In this document: in pieces, positions 37,987-50,892 of the stretch
How the letters are laid out: each line of letters opens with the position of its first letter
Numbering within the stretch: the first letter of the stretch is position 1
Assembly: GCA_000708835.1 (NCBI GenBank)
Contig: DF237117.1
Span: forward strand, 99,870 to 163,869
Direction of reading: 5' to 3'
Source: Klebsormidium nitens
Taxonomy: Eukaryota; Plantae; Klebsormidiophyceae
DNA length: 64,000 nucleotides
The notes under the pieces: model-generated
The model's input: the letters and a program-made list of their open reading frames with translations, nothing else
The model's database searches: none
What the model was told of the DNA's origin: nothing
Program-made: the position numbers and the translations under genes

Positions 37987-38711
37987 TTAAACGACTTAGG
38001 TATGCACCATTGAGAAGTCTGACAACATTCCTTTACGACCGGCCCGGGCCAAATCTGGCCCGCCCGGCGGGCCGCGGTGGCGGTGGGTGACTCGGACTAA
38101 CTTAATTTCTTGTTGAATTGTTAGCCTGCCGCGCGATCGCCCAACCACGCGCGCGGGCCGGTACGGACGCAGTTGGCGCGACCTTGCATTTCCACCCAAC
38201 TCTGTCCCGGGCATTGCCTGATGAATAAGCTATCCGCCATAAGTGCCCGGGATCGCTGTAAGGGTCTAGCACTTACCATTACCGCTCTTCTGCCAGTACA
38301 AACCGTTCCCTCCCACCATGAGCCAAGTCTTCAAAATCATACCCCGAACAACTTCCCTAGCATCCTGATCCTCGAGCCCTCCCCAAGCAAGTTGGCGAGC
38401 CATGATCAGGCAGAGCCCGGTCGGGCAGAGCAAGCTCTCTCCAGGATGCGCTTGGGGGTGGCTGCTGCTGCCAAGGGCTCCCTGGGGTTCTCGAAGGGTC
38501 ATCGAGCCTTCCGCAAGCAAGCAGGCAGCGTGTGCCGGAGTGTCAGGGAGCGACTGGGTTCCGCAGGCCTGTGCTGGACACGAGCTGCATGGGAGGGTAG
38601 CTTAGCGGCAGCCATGACTGGCCTGCAGTCACTGGTGAACGAAGAGGACAGCAATCTGCTGGATGGTACAAGCAGGTACTCGCTGCAGTTAAGCGTGCTC
38701 ACCTGGAGGGG

Positions 38712-41700
38712 TTGAAGCAGCCGGCAGAGGGCCCCAAGACTCCGAAGCAGCCTGCCTGCGCAAGGCCCAATCAACGGGTGTTCAAGGAGGCCCCGGGCGA
38801 TCAGCAGACCATCCGCTGCTTCGTGAAGATCCCCCAAGGCCAGTTGCTGCAGCTTGGGATGCCCTGCAGCGACGATGTGAAGACCTTGAAGGGGGCAATC
38901 TTGGCGCGCACCGCAATCCCTACCTCGGAGCAGAAGCTGGTGGCAGGAGGGAAGCCGCTTCGCGACGCCATTCAGCTTGGGGAGGCGTGCAAGGGGGAGG
39001 AGCTCAATGTGGTGGTGAACTTTGGCCTTGCTGGAGGGGCAGGTGGAGCAGACGCTGCAGGTTCCCGTTCCTCGGTAAGTGACATGACTGTGGGGGTAAA
39101 TGGGGAGTATGGAAGGTCGCCCCTTTGTATAATCTGACCGACCATCTTAAATTTCACCGGCATTGCACTAGAAGAGGTTGTCACACGGCAGGTGATTTTT
39201 CAGCCAGGGTTTTGCAATAGAGTGCTGGATGCTGCCAAGTTGCAGCACAAGGTACTCTTTGTTTGCTGCATGCAAGTGCAGCATTCTTCTGGAGTGTAAC
39301 TTTGCCGCATCGCTTAGCTGGTGGAATACTCTGTCATACAGGCCATGGAGCTCAGCGATCCCCCTCTGATCACGATCAGGAGATGCGACACAGAGGAGAT
39401 CTGCACACTTGACAACCCACCACGCCTCTGCAAGGATGTCTTGCAACACCTCGATGAGACAGAAGGCTGGGGCAGAGGAAAGCTGACAAAGACATTGGGG
39501 GAGCGCGTAGTCTCTGTACCTGTCAACGACCAGGTGCACGCTGGCAGCTACACCTTCAAGGAGGTACAGGGTGAGACACTTTGGGAGTCTCTTTCTGGCT
39601 GGACAATATTTTTACATCTTCGTTGCATGAGTATGATCAAGCTGTCTCCAGAAGACTGGCTCAAAGGAGGACCCCGCCAGCGACTCAGGACACCAGTTGC
39701 CTGAGGAACTTTCTCTGCCCTCCTTGAGCATGATTCCTTGAGCCCAATAATTGGATCAAAAGAAATAGACCACCTTTTCTGTTAACCATTTCAAGTCGCT
39801 TCAACCACTGTGGGACAGGGATGAGTGGGTTCAGCCAACAGGTAGGTACTGTCACTTGCTTTGCATATGGGGGAGTCGAAGGTAGCAGAAGCTTGTTTGA
39901 GGCATTAGAGCAACATCCAGTGAAACTCTCACCGAATCTAGACCTGTGTGGTAGCTTTTGTGCATGCCTGCGGTCGGGCAGAGTGCGTGAGCTTTCTGGT
40001 TGACGGTAGACGCAGTGATCCACACCAACCCTCCAGTGTGTCGGTGCCTGTTTGGAGACTTTCCCCCTGCTTCCCCGGGTTGTTTCACCTGTCAGGCAGA
40101 ATGAATTCACATGCTTCCTGGGCTGGGTGTTTGTTTATGGAAGTTTGCTCGGCAGAAGCATTCATACAGACTCCACTTGCTGACTTTCAGTTGTGGCCTC
40201 GTGCAGCGGCTGCTGGCCCGAGCACCACAGGAACTGGTGAGTCACATGGATTTTTGCGCCTTTCCCCCCATGTTGCAATGGTATCTTTTCTCTGGAAGTC
40301 TTTGTTGCTGCGCATGGTGGTTATGTTGATCCATGGCACACCACTCCGGTGCTTGTTTGGAGTAGGTCCCTGTGCTTCCCAGGTTGTTCCATTTGTCAGG
40401 CCAGGGGTTGCTTCAGTTTGAAGGGTGGAGGGAGGGTTTTGCAAGTGTCTCTGCTTCCCAGCCTGACAGGTTTGGTTGGGAAGGAAGCTCTCAGAAAATT
40501 CAACACCTATGCAACAGCGATCGTGCATGCCTGCGGTCGGACAGTGTGCGGGAGCTTTCTGGTTGATGGTAGACGCAGTGATCCACACCCCTTTTCCAGT
40601 GTGGTGGTGCCTGTTTGGAGTGTGTCCCTCTTCTTCCAGGGCTGTTTCACTCGTCAACCCAGAATGACATGATCCCTGAGCCGGGTGGTCTGCTGTGAAG
40701 TTGCCTGGTTGCAGCATCCAAGGCAGCCTGTTGCTAGAAGGCAATGCTTAGCCTGTCCTTCTGCCAGGATTCATAATGACAATATGAGGAGCCTCACTGC
40801 AAGACATCTTCTGCAGATTCACCCTTTCTTCTGAGGATGCTAGGTTTCTTCTGCAGTGGGGACGTCTTTTGGCTGGGCAGCAAGCAAGAGCTTTTCGTCC
40901 GGTCCCGCCCAAGGGGGTCATTCTATTGTAGCTCATGCTCGTTTCCGGTAGCTGCCGTTTTCTGTGCAAGAAGGGTCTAAGCGCTCAGGGTTGCATTGCC
41001 GGCGTCTTGATCGAAGAAAGCACCTGCATTGAAGCTTTCTTTGCTGGTAGTTGCCCATTTTGTTTTACCATGTAGTCAAGCTTTGATGCAGGACTGTACT
41101 CCAGTGTCTGTCCAACCCTATTTTCGGGGCAACATAGAATACGCTGTTTTCACTTTGGGGAATCTGTGTTGCGACTTGAAGCAGTTGGTTGGAGATCGTA
41201 ACGACAGGATGCATGCCTTTCATGTAATCCTTAGTCGGATTGTTCTCATGAAAGAATTTTCCTTTCTGCAGCCTTTCAACCTCCTCCAAAAAGAGCCTGC
41301 AGAAGGATGAAGGTCTTCAGTCTCCAAGATGGGATTGATAAGGAGGGGTTCTTTAGAGAGTCGGAAGAGGCCCCGCAGGTCATTGAGATGATCAAGAAGG
41401 GGCAGTATCCGCTCATTGCAGATGTCAGGAAAGCAGGAAAGACGACGCTGAAACAGGAGGTCGTGGACCTGCTCCATGGACATTCAGTAGACACGATCAG
41501 GGGCGAAAGCGAAGTCAGGGTAATTGCAGTCACGCTCGGGTGGGGTTTGGAGATGCACGGACAGGTGATCCTCCAGCACCAGGATCTCAAATTCAGACTT
41601 GAACATCTACAACAAGGTTCCCCATCCTTGACTTCGTTTCAAAGGCTGAGAAAGATTCAGAGCTGGTGCGGCGATTGGGATCCTCTTGTAATCTCCTGAG

Positions 41701-44700
41701 CACTCGCCCCTCCTCATAGTGTTTGCTGCCCTGCTTTCGCTGATTGTGTAGACACGGCTGCCAGAGCACTTGGTAAACGATTGCTTGTTGTCATTGCAGG
41801 AGTCCGAAACAGCATTCTGGAAGTATGTGATCGATGATGTCGTTCAGAAATCTCAGGGGCTGCTGGTGCGACATCGAGACACGACAGATTCCGCTGCGGG
41901 GTTTGCGAGCCTCTTCCAGTGGGTCAGGCCGACTGATCCTTTGATTGTGCTGTGCGTCGATGAAGCCTCCGAGTTGGCAAAGGCCTCCCTCAGGAACCGT
42001 GCGAGCCTCATGCACTGCTTCCGGGACCTGCGCGAGGCCGCCACGCGCAGGCAGCACCGGCTTCTTTCAGTCGCTTTCTTTGGCACCTTCACGGTGCTGG
42101 GGATTGTTGACGAGCTTAATGAGGGAAGACCGGGGCCGTCTGGGTAAGGCTTTGGAAACCATGCCGTCTGGTCACTCTTGAACAGTTGACTAGCTCATTG
42201 CTCGGTCATAAAAGCAGAGCGTAAGCTTTTCTTTCGAAAATGGTTACGTCTTGGTGTCTTGGTATCCTGACCTGTGGCTGCTCAGTTACCAACACACTTC
42301 TCGTGCGCACATCCTGTCCTAGTTGAGTCAATTTGCTCCAGAAGGTGGTCTTTGCTATGTAGCAGAAGCAGCGGATGCTTCCAAGGGTCAAAAGTGCCTT
42401 GTCAATCGAGGTCGTCATTACTTGCGGTTTTGCCGATAATTGGTAGTCACCAGGTCTTTGATAAGATTTGAAGTGGTCATTATCATTATTGACTCGAACG
42501 ACGCTTAAAAGTGGGTAGTGTCTTCTGAAGCCGAATTTCACTCCGCCTAGTTTCTCCTCCGTGTACGTCTGTTTTAAGTGGCTCAACGTCCAACCTGAGC
42601 CGATCTTCAATCTAAATTCTTCATTTGCAGCGCCATTTTCCGGACGTCACCGTTCCTGCTGGCAACAGGTCCTGAAGTGATCAGGGGCCTGAGGCGCTTT
42701 TCTGTTGAAGACGTCGTCCAGCTGCTGAAAGAATACGCCGAGCTGTGCAAAGAGGAGCTCGCGAAGAGGCCGGTTGCGCTGCATGACCTGCAGAGGATCG
42801 CAGAGTCCATCTTCGAGAAAACCAGGGGCCACAAGGGCCAGACCATTGCGTGCCTCATGGCGTTGCAGACCAAGCAACTTCTAGAAAAGAATCTAGACGG
42901 GCCCCTCGTCGTAGAGCAGTGGCTGCAGTACCTCAGGACAGACCTGCCTGCCTACATCGCTCAGTCTACTGTCTTTCGAGCCACAGTCCAGTGTGCTCTT
43001 CAAGCCACTCCAGCCCAGCTCGAGCTCCTCAGCTCCGTCCTCTATAATGGAACCGCAACTGTGCCGGCTGACCAGGTGCAAGAGATCGCAGAGCCGTTGC
43101 TAGCAGAAGGAGTTCTTGTGGAAGAAGCGCATGGGGAATCGAGCGAGTTTGGCTACCGGAGAGCGGCAGTCGCCCAGGCGAAGTCCCCGGTGACCCTCGC
43201 GCTCGCATCCCCACTGATCAGCAGCTGCATCTTCTCGAACATGGTGCGCGACGTGGTTGAGTGCGAGCCTGCCCCCGCAGAGTACTGAGTACATCGACTT
43301 CCTTGTGATTGAGGTAATGTGGCTTCGTTAGGAAAGCTTTTCCTTTGAATAATAATATTGAAGCTTCAATGTGTTGGGATCTTGTTCGTTCGCAGACAGT
43401 TCATAAGGTCAGATACGTCCAACCCTCCTTTGGTGTACATTTGCCCTCCCGGCGGGTCCAAGTTCTGTGGGACGGTGACTAGAACGCCGCAATGCAAAGT
43501 GCAGCTTCACAAATCAGGCGGTTGTTACGAAGTTGACTCGATTCAAGCATGAGCACCCAATCATGTCACTTTGTTTCGAACTTGCAGCAAGGCCAGTCAA
43601 GGCACCATTTTTAAAGCAAGTAGATTTCAAGTTGGCTCTTTCCATGACAATCGTCAGTAAAAGCGCACTGTACACCGAAATTCAAGATAAAGCCGACAGT
43701 TCTTGGCACAATCCGATCCAGTTTTTGGACCACACTCCTATCACCTGTCCAACCAGCAAATGTCCACTCTAGGCCGCATTGTTGAGTGCGCTGCATAACG
43801 GTTGTGCATGTGAATACCTTTGCGTCCATACACGAATCTTGACTCGTCAGGTGTTTTACAACCCTCTTTACGCCTTGCAGACGGTGCGCAACCTGAATTG
43901 GGCCACCATTGCATGTCACAAAGCAGCAAACGTGTCGGGGGACCCGTCGGAGTATGCACTGCAAGGCCAATTTTGGTTGATACTGAATCAGTTGCTCCGG
44001 AAGACCGAAAAGGTCCAATTCTTCAGGTATGAGAATTGGCCCATTCTTTCATCTTTTCCTTCGCCTGCACTTAACAGGGTGGGTGAGGAGTGTCGACCCT
44101 GCATATCTCTGCCAAGCTATCTCCTTGTGTTCTTTGTCTGGTTGGCCGTTGTTGAAGTGTAAGGTCTTCTTTTCGACCTCTTCGGTATGTATCTTCTTTT
44201 CAGTGCCCAGGAAGAGAATGGACAGGCCAAGAGGAAAAAGATGCTAAGGTGCTTGCCATTCGTTCTCAAGGATATTCTTTCCTTGAACTGTTTGACGTCA
44301 CAAAGTGAAGTCGGTGTGTCTAGTATTTTCCCTAGTATCCCTCATTCAGCATGTAAAATATTCTTTCAGTGTTTGTTCATGCATCCTTTGCCTCTCCACA
44401 GCCTAGTCGCAGAGGCCAGGAACATAACGACTACTTTGGGGAACGTGCGGAGACGGATCGACTTCCTCTGCTGGCCCCTTCCACATCGGCTTGGGACTAT
44501 CAGGCCCTTCGCGATTGAGCTGATTGCGTTTGCTGGGAGGGCCGACATCCTGGAGCACATGAGGCGTGGGTACCCGAAGTTGCACGCCGCTGACGTGGAC
44601 GGACGAGTCGAGACGTGCCACACAGTGGTTGTCCACGTGTCAGCGGACTGGGCTGCCAAGAGGGGCGCCACAGACTACTTTGGGCCCCCCGAGGGTGTCG

Positions 44701-44897
44701 AGGACGTGCACGTCGTGCAAGTTCTCTTCAAAGAAAATGGGGCAAAGGCACGGATCGCATTCGAGGATAGGGAAAGGGATAGGGAGATTCCTGTAGCGGG
44801 TTTGCGCAAGGAGGCCAGAATGGTTCTTTCGAAGCTCACGACCCCTCCCAGCTCCACCCCCGGCACCCGACGGCCCTCTCTTCCCCAGCCCCGTTAA
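38712..44897 (+). pseudogene. Crinkler(CR)-like gene: ubiquitin-like header + P-loop NTPase + restriction-endonuclease-fold C-terminus; interrupted by a 7-nt duplication
   Basis: Exons about 38712-39074 (Ubl ending NFGLAGG), 39342-39570, 41272-41519 (ADVRKAGKTT, Walker A-like), 41800-42143 (VLCVDEA, Walker B), 42631-43313 (SPF, TRGHKG), 43881-44026 (DPSEYALQGQFW) and 44402-44897 (LVAEAR...RIDFL...AIELIA). Phases fit if the GAGTACT duplication at 43280-43286 is removed. Start codon not found. Confidence 0.6.
39945..40640 (+). repeat. Diverged direct repeat (about 130-150 bp, two full copies about 560 bp apart plus a partial) in intron 2 of the CR-like gene
   Basis: GTGCATGCCTGCGGTCGG...GAGCTTTCTGGTTGA.GGTAGACGCAGTGATCCACAC...GTGCCTGTTTGGAG at about 39960-40060 and 40523-40620; partial at about 40335-40380. 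Confidence 0.8.
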
Positions 44898-47854
44898 AAG
44901 AAGAAATCAATCAGTAGATGGACGGCAAGCTGGTCGTTCAGAAGCTTCTGGTTCCGCTTGGAGAATGCCGATTGAAATTAAGTGCTGCGGTCTGACATGT
45001 GCTCTCGCTTTGACAGCTTGTGTTTTGACTGCTGATATATGTTACATGCGGAATATATTCCAGATTTGCCGCGAGTCACAATTTTGTACGCAAGTGACAC
45101 GAAGGGTTCTGTTTCTTGTTTGGAATACAGGCGCACTCAAATGTGGTTGGCAACCTTTACTGACAGAGTTTAAGGCCAGCGTACGGCTGCCCCTGGGCAG
45201 CTCCTCCAATAGTCATGCATGTGATTTTAGTGCCTGTTGTTGCATATCTCAAAACTTAGTTTGAAGTATGCACTCCGATCAAATGATTTCATCGCAAACA
45301 CTAGTGATGCAAGTAATACTGAAATCATACTTAAGAATACCCTTGCTCACGGCTATAGTCGTTGGATTGTCTAGACTATTAGAAGGTACTTTTGTTCGAC
45401 AACAATCTCACCAAACATACCGAACATTATGCGCTATGTCGGATTGTTAGGGCACAATTGTCCAAGGGTGTTTGAGCTATTAATAGCGCAAGCCGTCCAA
45501 GCTGTCCAAGGCATTATGTCAGAACAAGTGTGCAAAGGCGTCCGGAACTCCGGAAGTCGGCCCACGTTTGGGCTGGTGGCCGGTGGGGGCAACATCGAGA
45601 GGCAACTTTACCCCTACGTTGTATCGTGCATCAAGAGGGGAGGGGGGGGCTGGTGGCAAGTTTCATTTTTGGAGTTCCGGACGCCTCTGCACACATGTTT
45701 TGACACGATGCCCAAGGTTTCAAAAAAGTCGTCTTAACCCCCAAATCAATGACGTTGTCAACCATACCAACTGTTCGCGCTACATTGAGAGCGCAAGCCT
45801 GTACGGTCCAAAGTGGCCAAGCTGTTCAATTCTTTCGGGACATGTCACACATGCATTTCGACTGACAGTGGCATCGACTATACCAAACATTATGCGCTAC
45901 AAACCTCTTCAAGGTAGCAAAGCTTTCCAAGCTTATGGAAGCACACTTCTCGCCCCTCACTCCAAAGACATAATCCCATGTACTATCATTAATGTGCTGT
46001 TGTTGATTGCGCACACTTGCAAGCTGTTGATAGTGCATACCAGAGTGTCCAAGCAGTTTGAGGGTTTGGGAAACGGTCGTCTTGACCTCCAAATCGATGA
46101 CGTCATCAACCGTACCAAGCATTACGCGTTCGAATCGATAGTGCAAGAACACAAGGTGCCTAAGCATTCGACATGGGGTCGAAGGAAGGCTCCTCTGGAT
46201 GACGTCAGCGGCCAATTTTAGCAGGAAAACACTCGGAGCCCGCCACGGCGCTCTCTCCTGGGCGAACCGGCGTGGTTGATGGTCTCAAGCCCGACATACC
46301 TTAACGTACCGTGACCCTTACCGCGCTGACGCAGGTCCCCAGCTGCCGTAACGTGAGTCTATGTCCTACCGGGCACCCGGAAAATCAGCCCCTTTAGCGT
46401 CGTAAGGGCACCATTACCACTCCGGACCGGCCTGTTCCCTCGAGCCTGAGACGGAAGCTGCCCCTTCTAGTCTCTAGCTTGACACTGCCAGCATGCCCGC
46501 AGGAAAGTGCTAGAGCGCCAAGTGGTTTAGGCTTGGGGTAAGTGATTGCGTCATGGCAGTTTTTTATACTCGGGAGTTGAAATCTAGCAAAAGCATGTCT
46601 CCGAAGGTGCTTGAGCTTTTGGGACCAATTAATCTTTGGGGCCGACCAATGCTTGCTCTGCTTCGAATTTTCGAGACTGTGGGTCTGCTGTGAGTTGGTT
46701 TGTGCTTCAGTTGCTGTGGGCAAACTGATTCCTCTCTTATGTGTGTTTGCAGCTGTGACCAGCGGAGCTAATGTGTGATAAGTAATGGCAAGAAGCCGGC
46801 CTTGTGGCAGGTCCAAGTCTGATCACAGGGTCTGCCAGGCTGCTCGCTATGCGTGCGCCGCAGAGTACAGGGACCGCATCACAATTAGTGCAGAAAGGCA
46901 GGAGTTTCTAATCGCTGCTGTCAATTCACGAAGCAATGACATTCCTGCCCCTCGCCGCCGGCGGTGCCAGCGGTCAGAGGGACTGAAACATGAGGGGCAG
47001 CCTGCTCGCAATGTTTGGCTAGGCCAGGGCTTCAGTGCTGCTGATCAGAAAGCAAGGCGTCAGGATGCGCGGGTGCTCCAAAAAGCTCTGAAGTGGACTG
47101 CAAATCGCGGTGAGCAAAGACAGTTCGTTTGCTTGTTTAGAAGTCAATTCCTCTTGTCAAGCAGAATGGAGGATCATCTTGATAGGCTTTTCAACAAACA
47201 AAAAGACACCAAGCCATCAAGCATACCACTGTTTCAGCAGGTAAAGATTGTTCATTAGAGCAATGGAGCGATAATCTCTCATCAACATCGACCAGCAGAA
47301 TCTTTGATGGCATGGCTGGGGTGCGTAGGAGAGTGTACCAAGATTCGATCACTTGTTTCTGAGGATATCAATGGGTCAGATTTGGTACAACGCCAGAAAT
47401 TCATGGCATGGCTGGGCGCACCTTGAAACACGAGGAGGGCGCCAGAAGTGTACCAAGAAATGGCCAGTTACTTGTTAAAGATATCAATAGGTCATTTCCT
47501 GGTACAGCATCAAAACTTGGTGGCATGGCTGGGCGTGCCCTAAAAGGTAAGAACAATGCCCAAGGTTGGAGGCATGGCTTGGGGTTTGCAAGATGTGTAC
47601 CAGTTACTTCTTGAAGATATCAATGGGTTATTTCCTGGTACAGTGCCAGAAGTTGGTGGCATGGCTGGGCCAGCCTTGGGAGCATACCTGACTCGGACCG
47701 CTTATTGTCAATGGCACCAAAACTTCAAGATATCAAAAGACCATTTCTTTGTCCGGCGCCAAAAGTTGGTGGCATGGCCGGTCCCGTATGCAGGGTGTGG
47801 GCTGGAATTGGTCCTGTGCCTGCATGATCCCCAGAGTCTTCTTCTCTTTTCCAG

Positions 47855-47998
47855 ACCCGCATGCCATTTACTGCCGCGAGTGCGACACTACCGCAGAGTA
47901 TGGGCTCCGTGGGGGCAAGATGGGAGGGGCTCTCACCTACTTCTGCGAGAGCCACGGGCCATCAAAGGGATGTTTCAAGATCAACAGCGACTGTGCAG
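47855..47998 (+). CDS. Exon encoding an EsV-1-7-like cysteine-rich motif (gene model incomplete)
   Basis: TTCCAG acceptor and GTAAG donor; peptide YCRECDTTAEYGLRGGKMGGALTYFCESH fits CxxC...A.YG..G....CxxH. Confidence 0.45.
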
Positions 47999-49396
47999 GT
48001 AAGAATCTTGAGTCACACACATCTCGATTGTGTTTGAGCAGCCCACGACCTGACCTTGAATCGTGCAGGTCTTTGCATGGTTTCAGGCCCGACAGGCCCT
48101 GCGCTGATTGCACCCTTTTCTAATTGCAGCATGGGTTCAGGGGAGCGACAAGGCGCGAAGGAAGGCCTGCCCTGAGCCCGAGCAGCATCAGAAGGGGCCC
48201 GGGCCATCTGCTGCTCCTCGGTCATGGACGGCGACAGTCGGTGAGCACCCAGAGCTGTCAGAATTGTCAGACAAGAACTGGACTTGACACTCTGCCAAGC
48301 TCCAAGTGTCGGACTGGTGGCCTTGCAAGGTGATTGTTCTGATTTGCAGCATCAGGAGGGGGTTTGAAGCCGCGCCCCAAAAGCAGTGTACCAAGGAAGA
48401 GCGTGTTAGTGGTACGTCAATTCGCAGCTCATCACGGACATGTACCAAGAAAGAATCTATTACTTCTTAAGAATCTAACTGGGCGTTTCTTGGTACACAG
48501 ATTTTGTAGGGTATGGCCGTAGTAGAGTGCTTGCCCTTGACTTGAGGAACGAGTCCGAGGGTACCTGGCGGGTCGATTGCGACATTACCAGTGCAGCACT
48601 TCTGACCCATTGCGCGCCGCCTTTGCAGAGTCCGCGTGCGCTGACCGCGGCGCCCGCCACAGCCCCACAACCAGCCCTCATGCGACCGCCAGCAACTCCA
48701 GGTCGGACTGTGGTTTTGGCGCAGCCTGCCATCCGCACGCCGCCAGTGGCGATGCGCAGCCCGGGCAGCCTCTTGTCCGTGGTCGCGCAGAGGGCCTGCG
48801 CGCCCTTTCAAGCGGGAGCGCCAGGTTTGGGGTCCAGTCCGCCGCTGCCACAATGAGCGGGCTGGCAAGGAGCGCATCCCAAGGTGAGCGACTACCTTGA
48901 GTCTCATCTCGTATCGCAATTTGGCAGTGCTGGGGAAGTGTCACGTCTTTCCTTTCAGAGATGAGATTTCGGGTCAGATGCTTAGCCTTCCCGGATAGGA
49001 ACTTGGCAGGTATGGCCGGGGGCCCTCAAACATGGTGTGAGACTTTGTAGAGTGCAGGGCCGTGTACCAGGAAAGTGTGTATTACTTCTTAGAAAACAAA
49101 TGGGCGTTTTCGGGTACGCTTTCAAGTTGCAGGGTATGGCAGGGTGCTCTCAACATCCTTTGGGGTATGGCGGCCCCCCAAAAACGGCGCAATCCTTTGC
49201 AGAGTAAAGGGCTGTGTACCAGGAAACTCTGTATTACTTCTTAGAAAACAAATGGGCGTTTTCTGGTACGCTTTCAAGTTGCAGGGTATGGCCGGGTGCT
49301 CTCAACATCCTGTGGGGTATGGCGGCCCCCCAAAAACGGCGCAATCCTTGGAAGAGTAAAGGGCCGTGTACCAGGAAATGCTGTATTACTTTCTTT

Positions 49397-49757
49397 NNNN
49401 NNNNNNNNNNNNNNNNNNNNNNNNNNNNNNNNNNNNNNNNNNNNNNNNNNNNNNNNNNNNNNNNNNNNNNNNNNNNNNNNNNNNNNNNNNNNNNNNNNNN
49501 NNNNNNNNNNNNNNNNNNNNNNNNNNNNNNNNNNNNNNNNNNNNNNNNNNNNNNNNNNNNNNNNNNNNNNNNNNNNNNNNNNNNNNNNNNNNNNNNNNNN
49601 NNNNNNNNNNNNNNNNNNNNNNNNNNNNNNNNNNNNNNNNNNNNNNNNNNNNNNNNNNNNNNNNNNNNNNNNNNNNNNNNNNNNNNNNNNNNNNNNNNNN
49701 NNNNNNNNNNNNNNNNNNNNNNNNNNNNNNNNNNNNNNNNNNNNNNNNNNNNNNNNN
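49397..49757. other. Assembly gap (N run) inside the palindromic array
   Basis: 361 N. Confidence 1.
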
Positions 49758-50892
49758 CGGCCATCCGGCGCACAATGAGGGTGTACCAAGAATTGCTGTA
49801 TTACTTTCTAAAGTATCTAATTGGCGTTTTCTGGTACATCCTGCAGGGCATGGCCGGCCTGGCGGGCCCATCAAGCGCATGGTACGGCCATCCGGCACAC
49901 AATTCGAGTGTAACAAGAAACGACGTACTACTTCTTAAAGAATCTAATTGGCATTTTCTGGTACATCTCGCAGGGCATGGCTGGGCGGGCCCATCAAGCG
50001 CATGGTACGGCCATCCAGCGCACATTTCGAGTGTACCAAGAAACGACGTACTACTTCTTAAAGAATCTAATGAGCGTTTTCTGGTACATCTCGCAGGGCA
50101 TGGCTGGGCGGGCCCATCGGCCTGGCAGCCCCTCAAGCGCGATTCCGACCATCCGGTGCACGATGAGGGTGTACCAAGAAATCTTGTATTACTTTCTAAA
50201 GAATCTAATGGGCGTTTCCTGGTACATCCTGCAGGGCATGGCCGGGCTCGCCCATCATGCGCAAGGTACGACCATCTAGCGCATAAATCACCCTGTACCA
50301 AGAAAGGGTGTGTTACTTCTTAAAGAATCTAATGGCCCTTTCCTGGTACATCCTGCGGGACATGGCCGGCCTCGCCCATCGAGCGCAAGGTATGGCCATC
50401 CAGCGTGCGATCAGAGTGTACCAAGAAACGACGATTTACTTCTTAGGAATACAATGGGCGTTTTCCGGTACAACCTGCAGGGCATGGCCGGGTCCCCCAA
50501 AACGCTGTAAGCCTTTGCTGCGCCGCGAGTTGCCATAAAGTACCTCGTAATATTCCGTTTCCTTTGTAAGGTCCCATTTAACTTTGTAAGATACTGAATG
50601 TTTGCGGGATCGCTGGTTTTGTGGCAGGACTTTCGACGCTTACCTCTCAACATTCTGTTCGCACAGGATCCGCAGCCTACGAGGGCGAGTCGGAGAAGGT
50701 TTTTTACTCCTCAGCACCAAAGAGCCGGGCGCTGATAGGTACGATGGCAGATTCCATGCACTTGTTGGCAAGAATACGCTTCAGCTGGCATTGCGGATAA
50801 GATAGTGAATGCGCGAGTCTTGCTTGAAGGGCATGCCATTCTGAGCATGATTGATTGAGGGATCCCTTTGGTGCGGTGCAGCGACACAGCTG

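Larger units (their letters stand above)
47335..50480 (+). repeat. Array of palindromic repeats: TGTACCA(A/G)GAAA - AT-rich spacer - TTT(C/T)(C/T)TGGTACA followed by CAGGG(C/T)ATGGC
   Basis: Units start at about 47335, 47450, 47596, 48441, 49062, 49214, 49366 (152-bp period), [gap], 49781, 49908, 50031, 50169, 50293 and 50416 (123-138 bp). Confidence 0.9.

Noticed and set aside
42206-46816. Minus-strand ORFs 42206-42610, 45826-46215 and 46394-46816 as genes
   Set aside because: No recognisable motifs or splice support; the first lies in a CR-gene intron.
49062-50480. CRISPR-like array
   Set aside because: The whole unit, including inter-palindrome segments, is homologous between copies. There are no unique spacers, no cas genes, and the context is eukaryotic.
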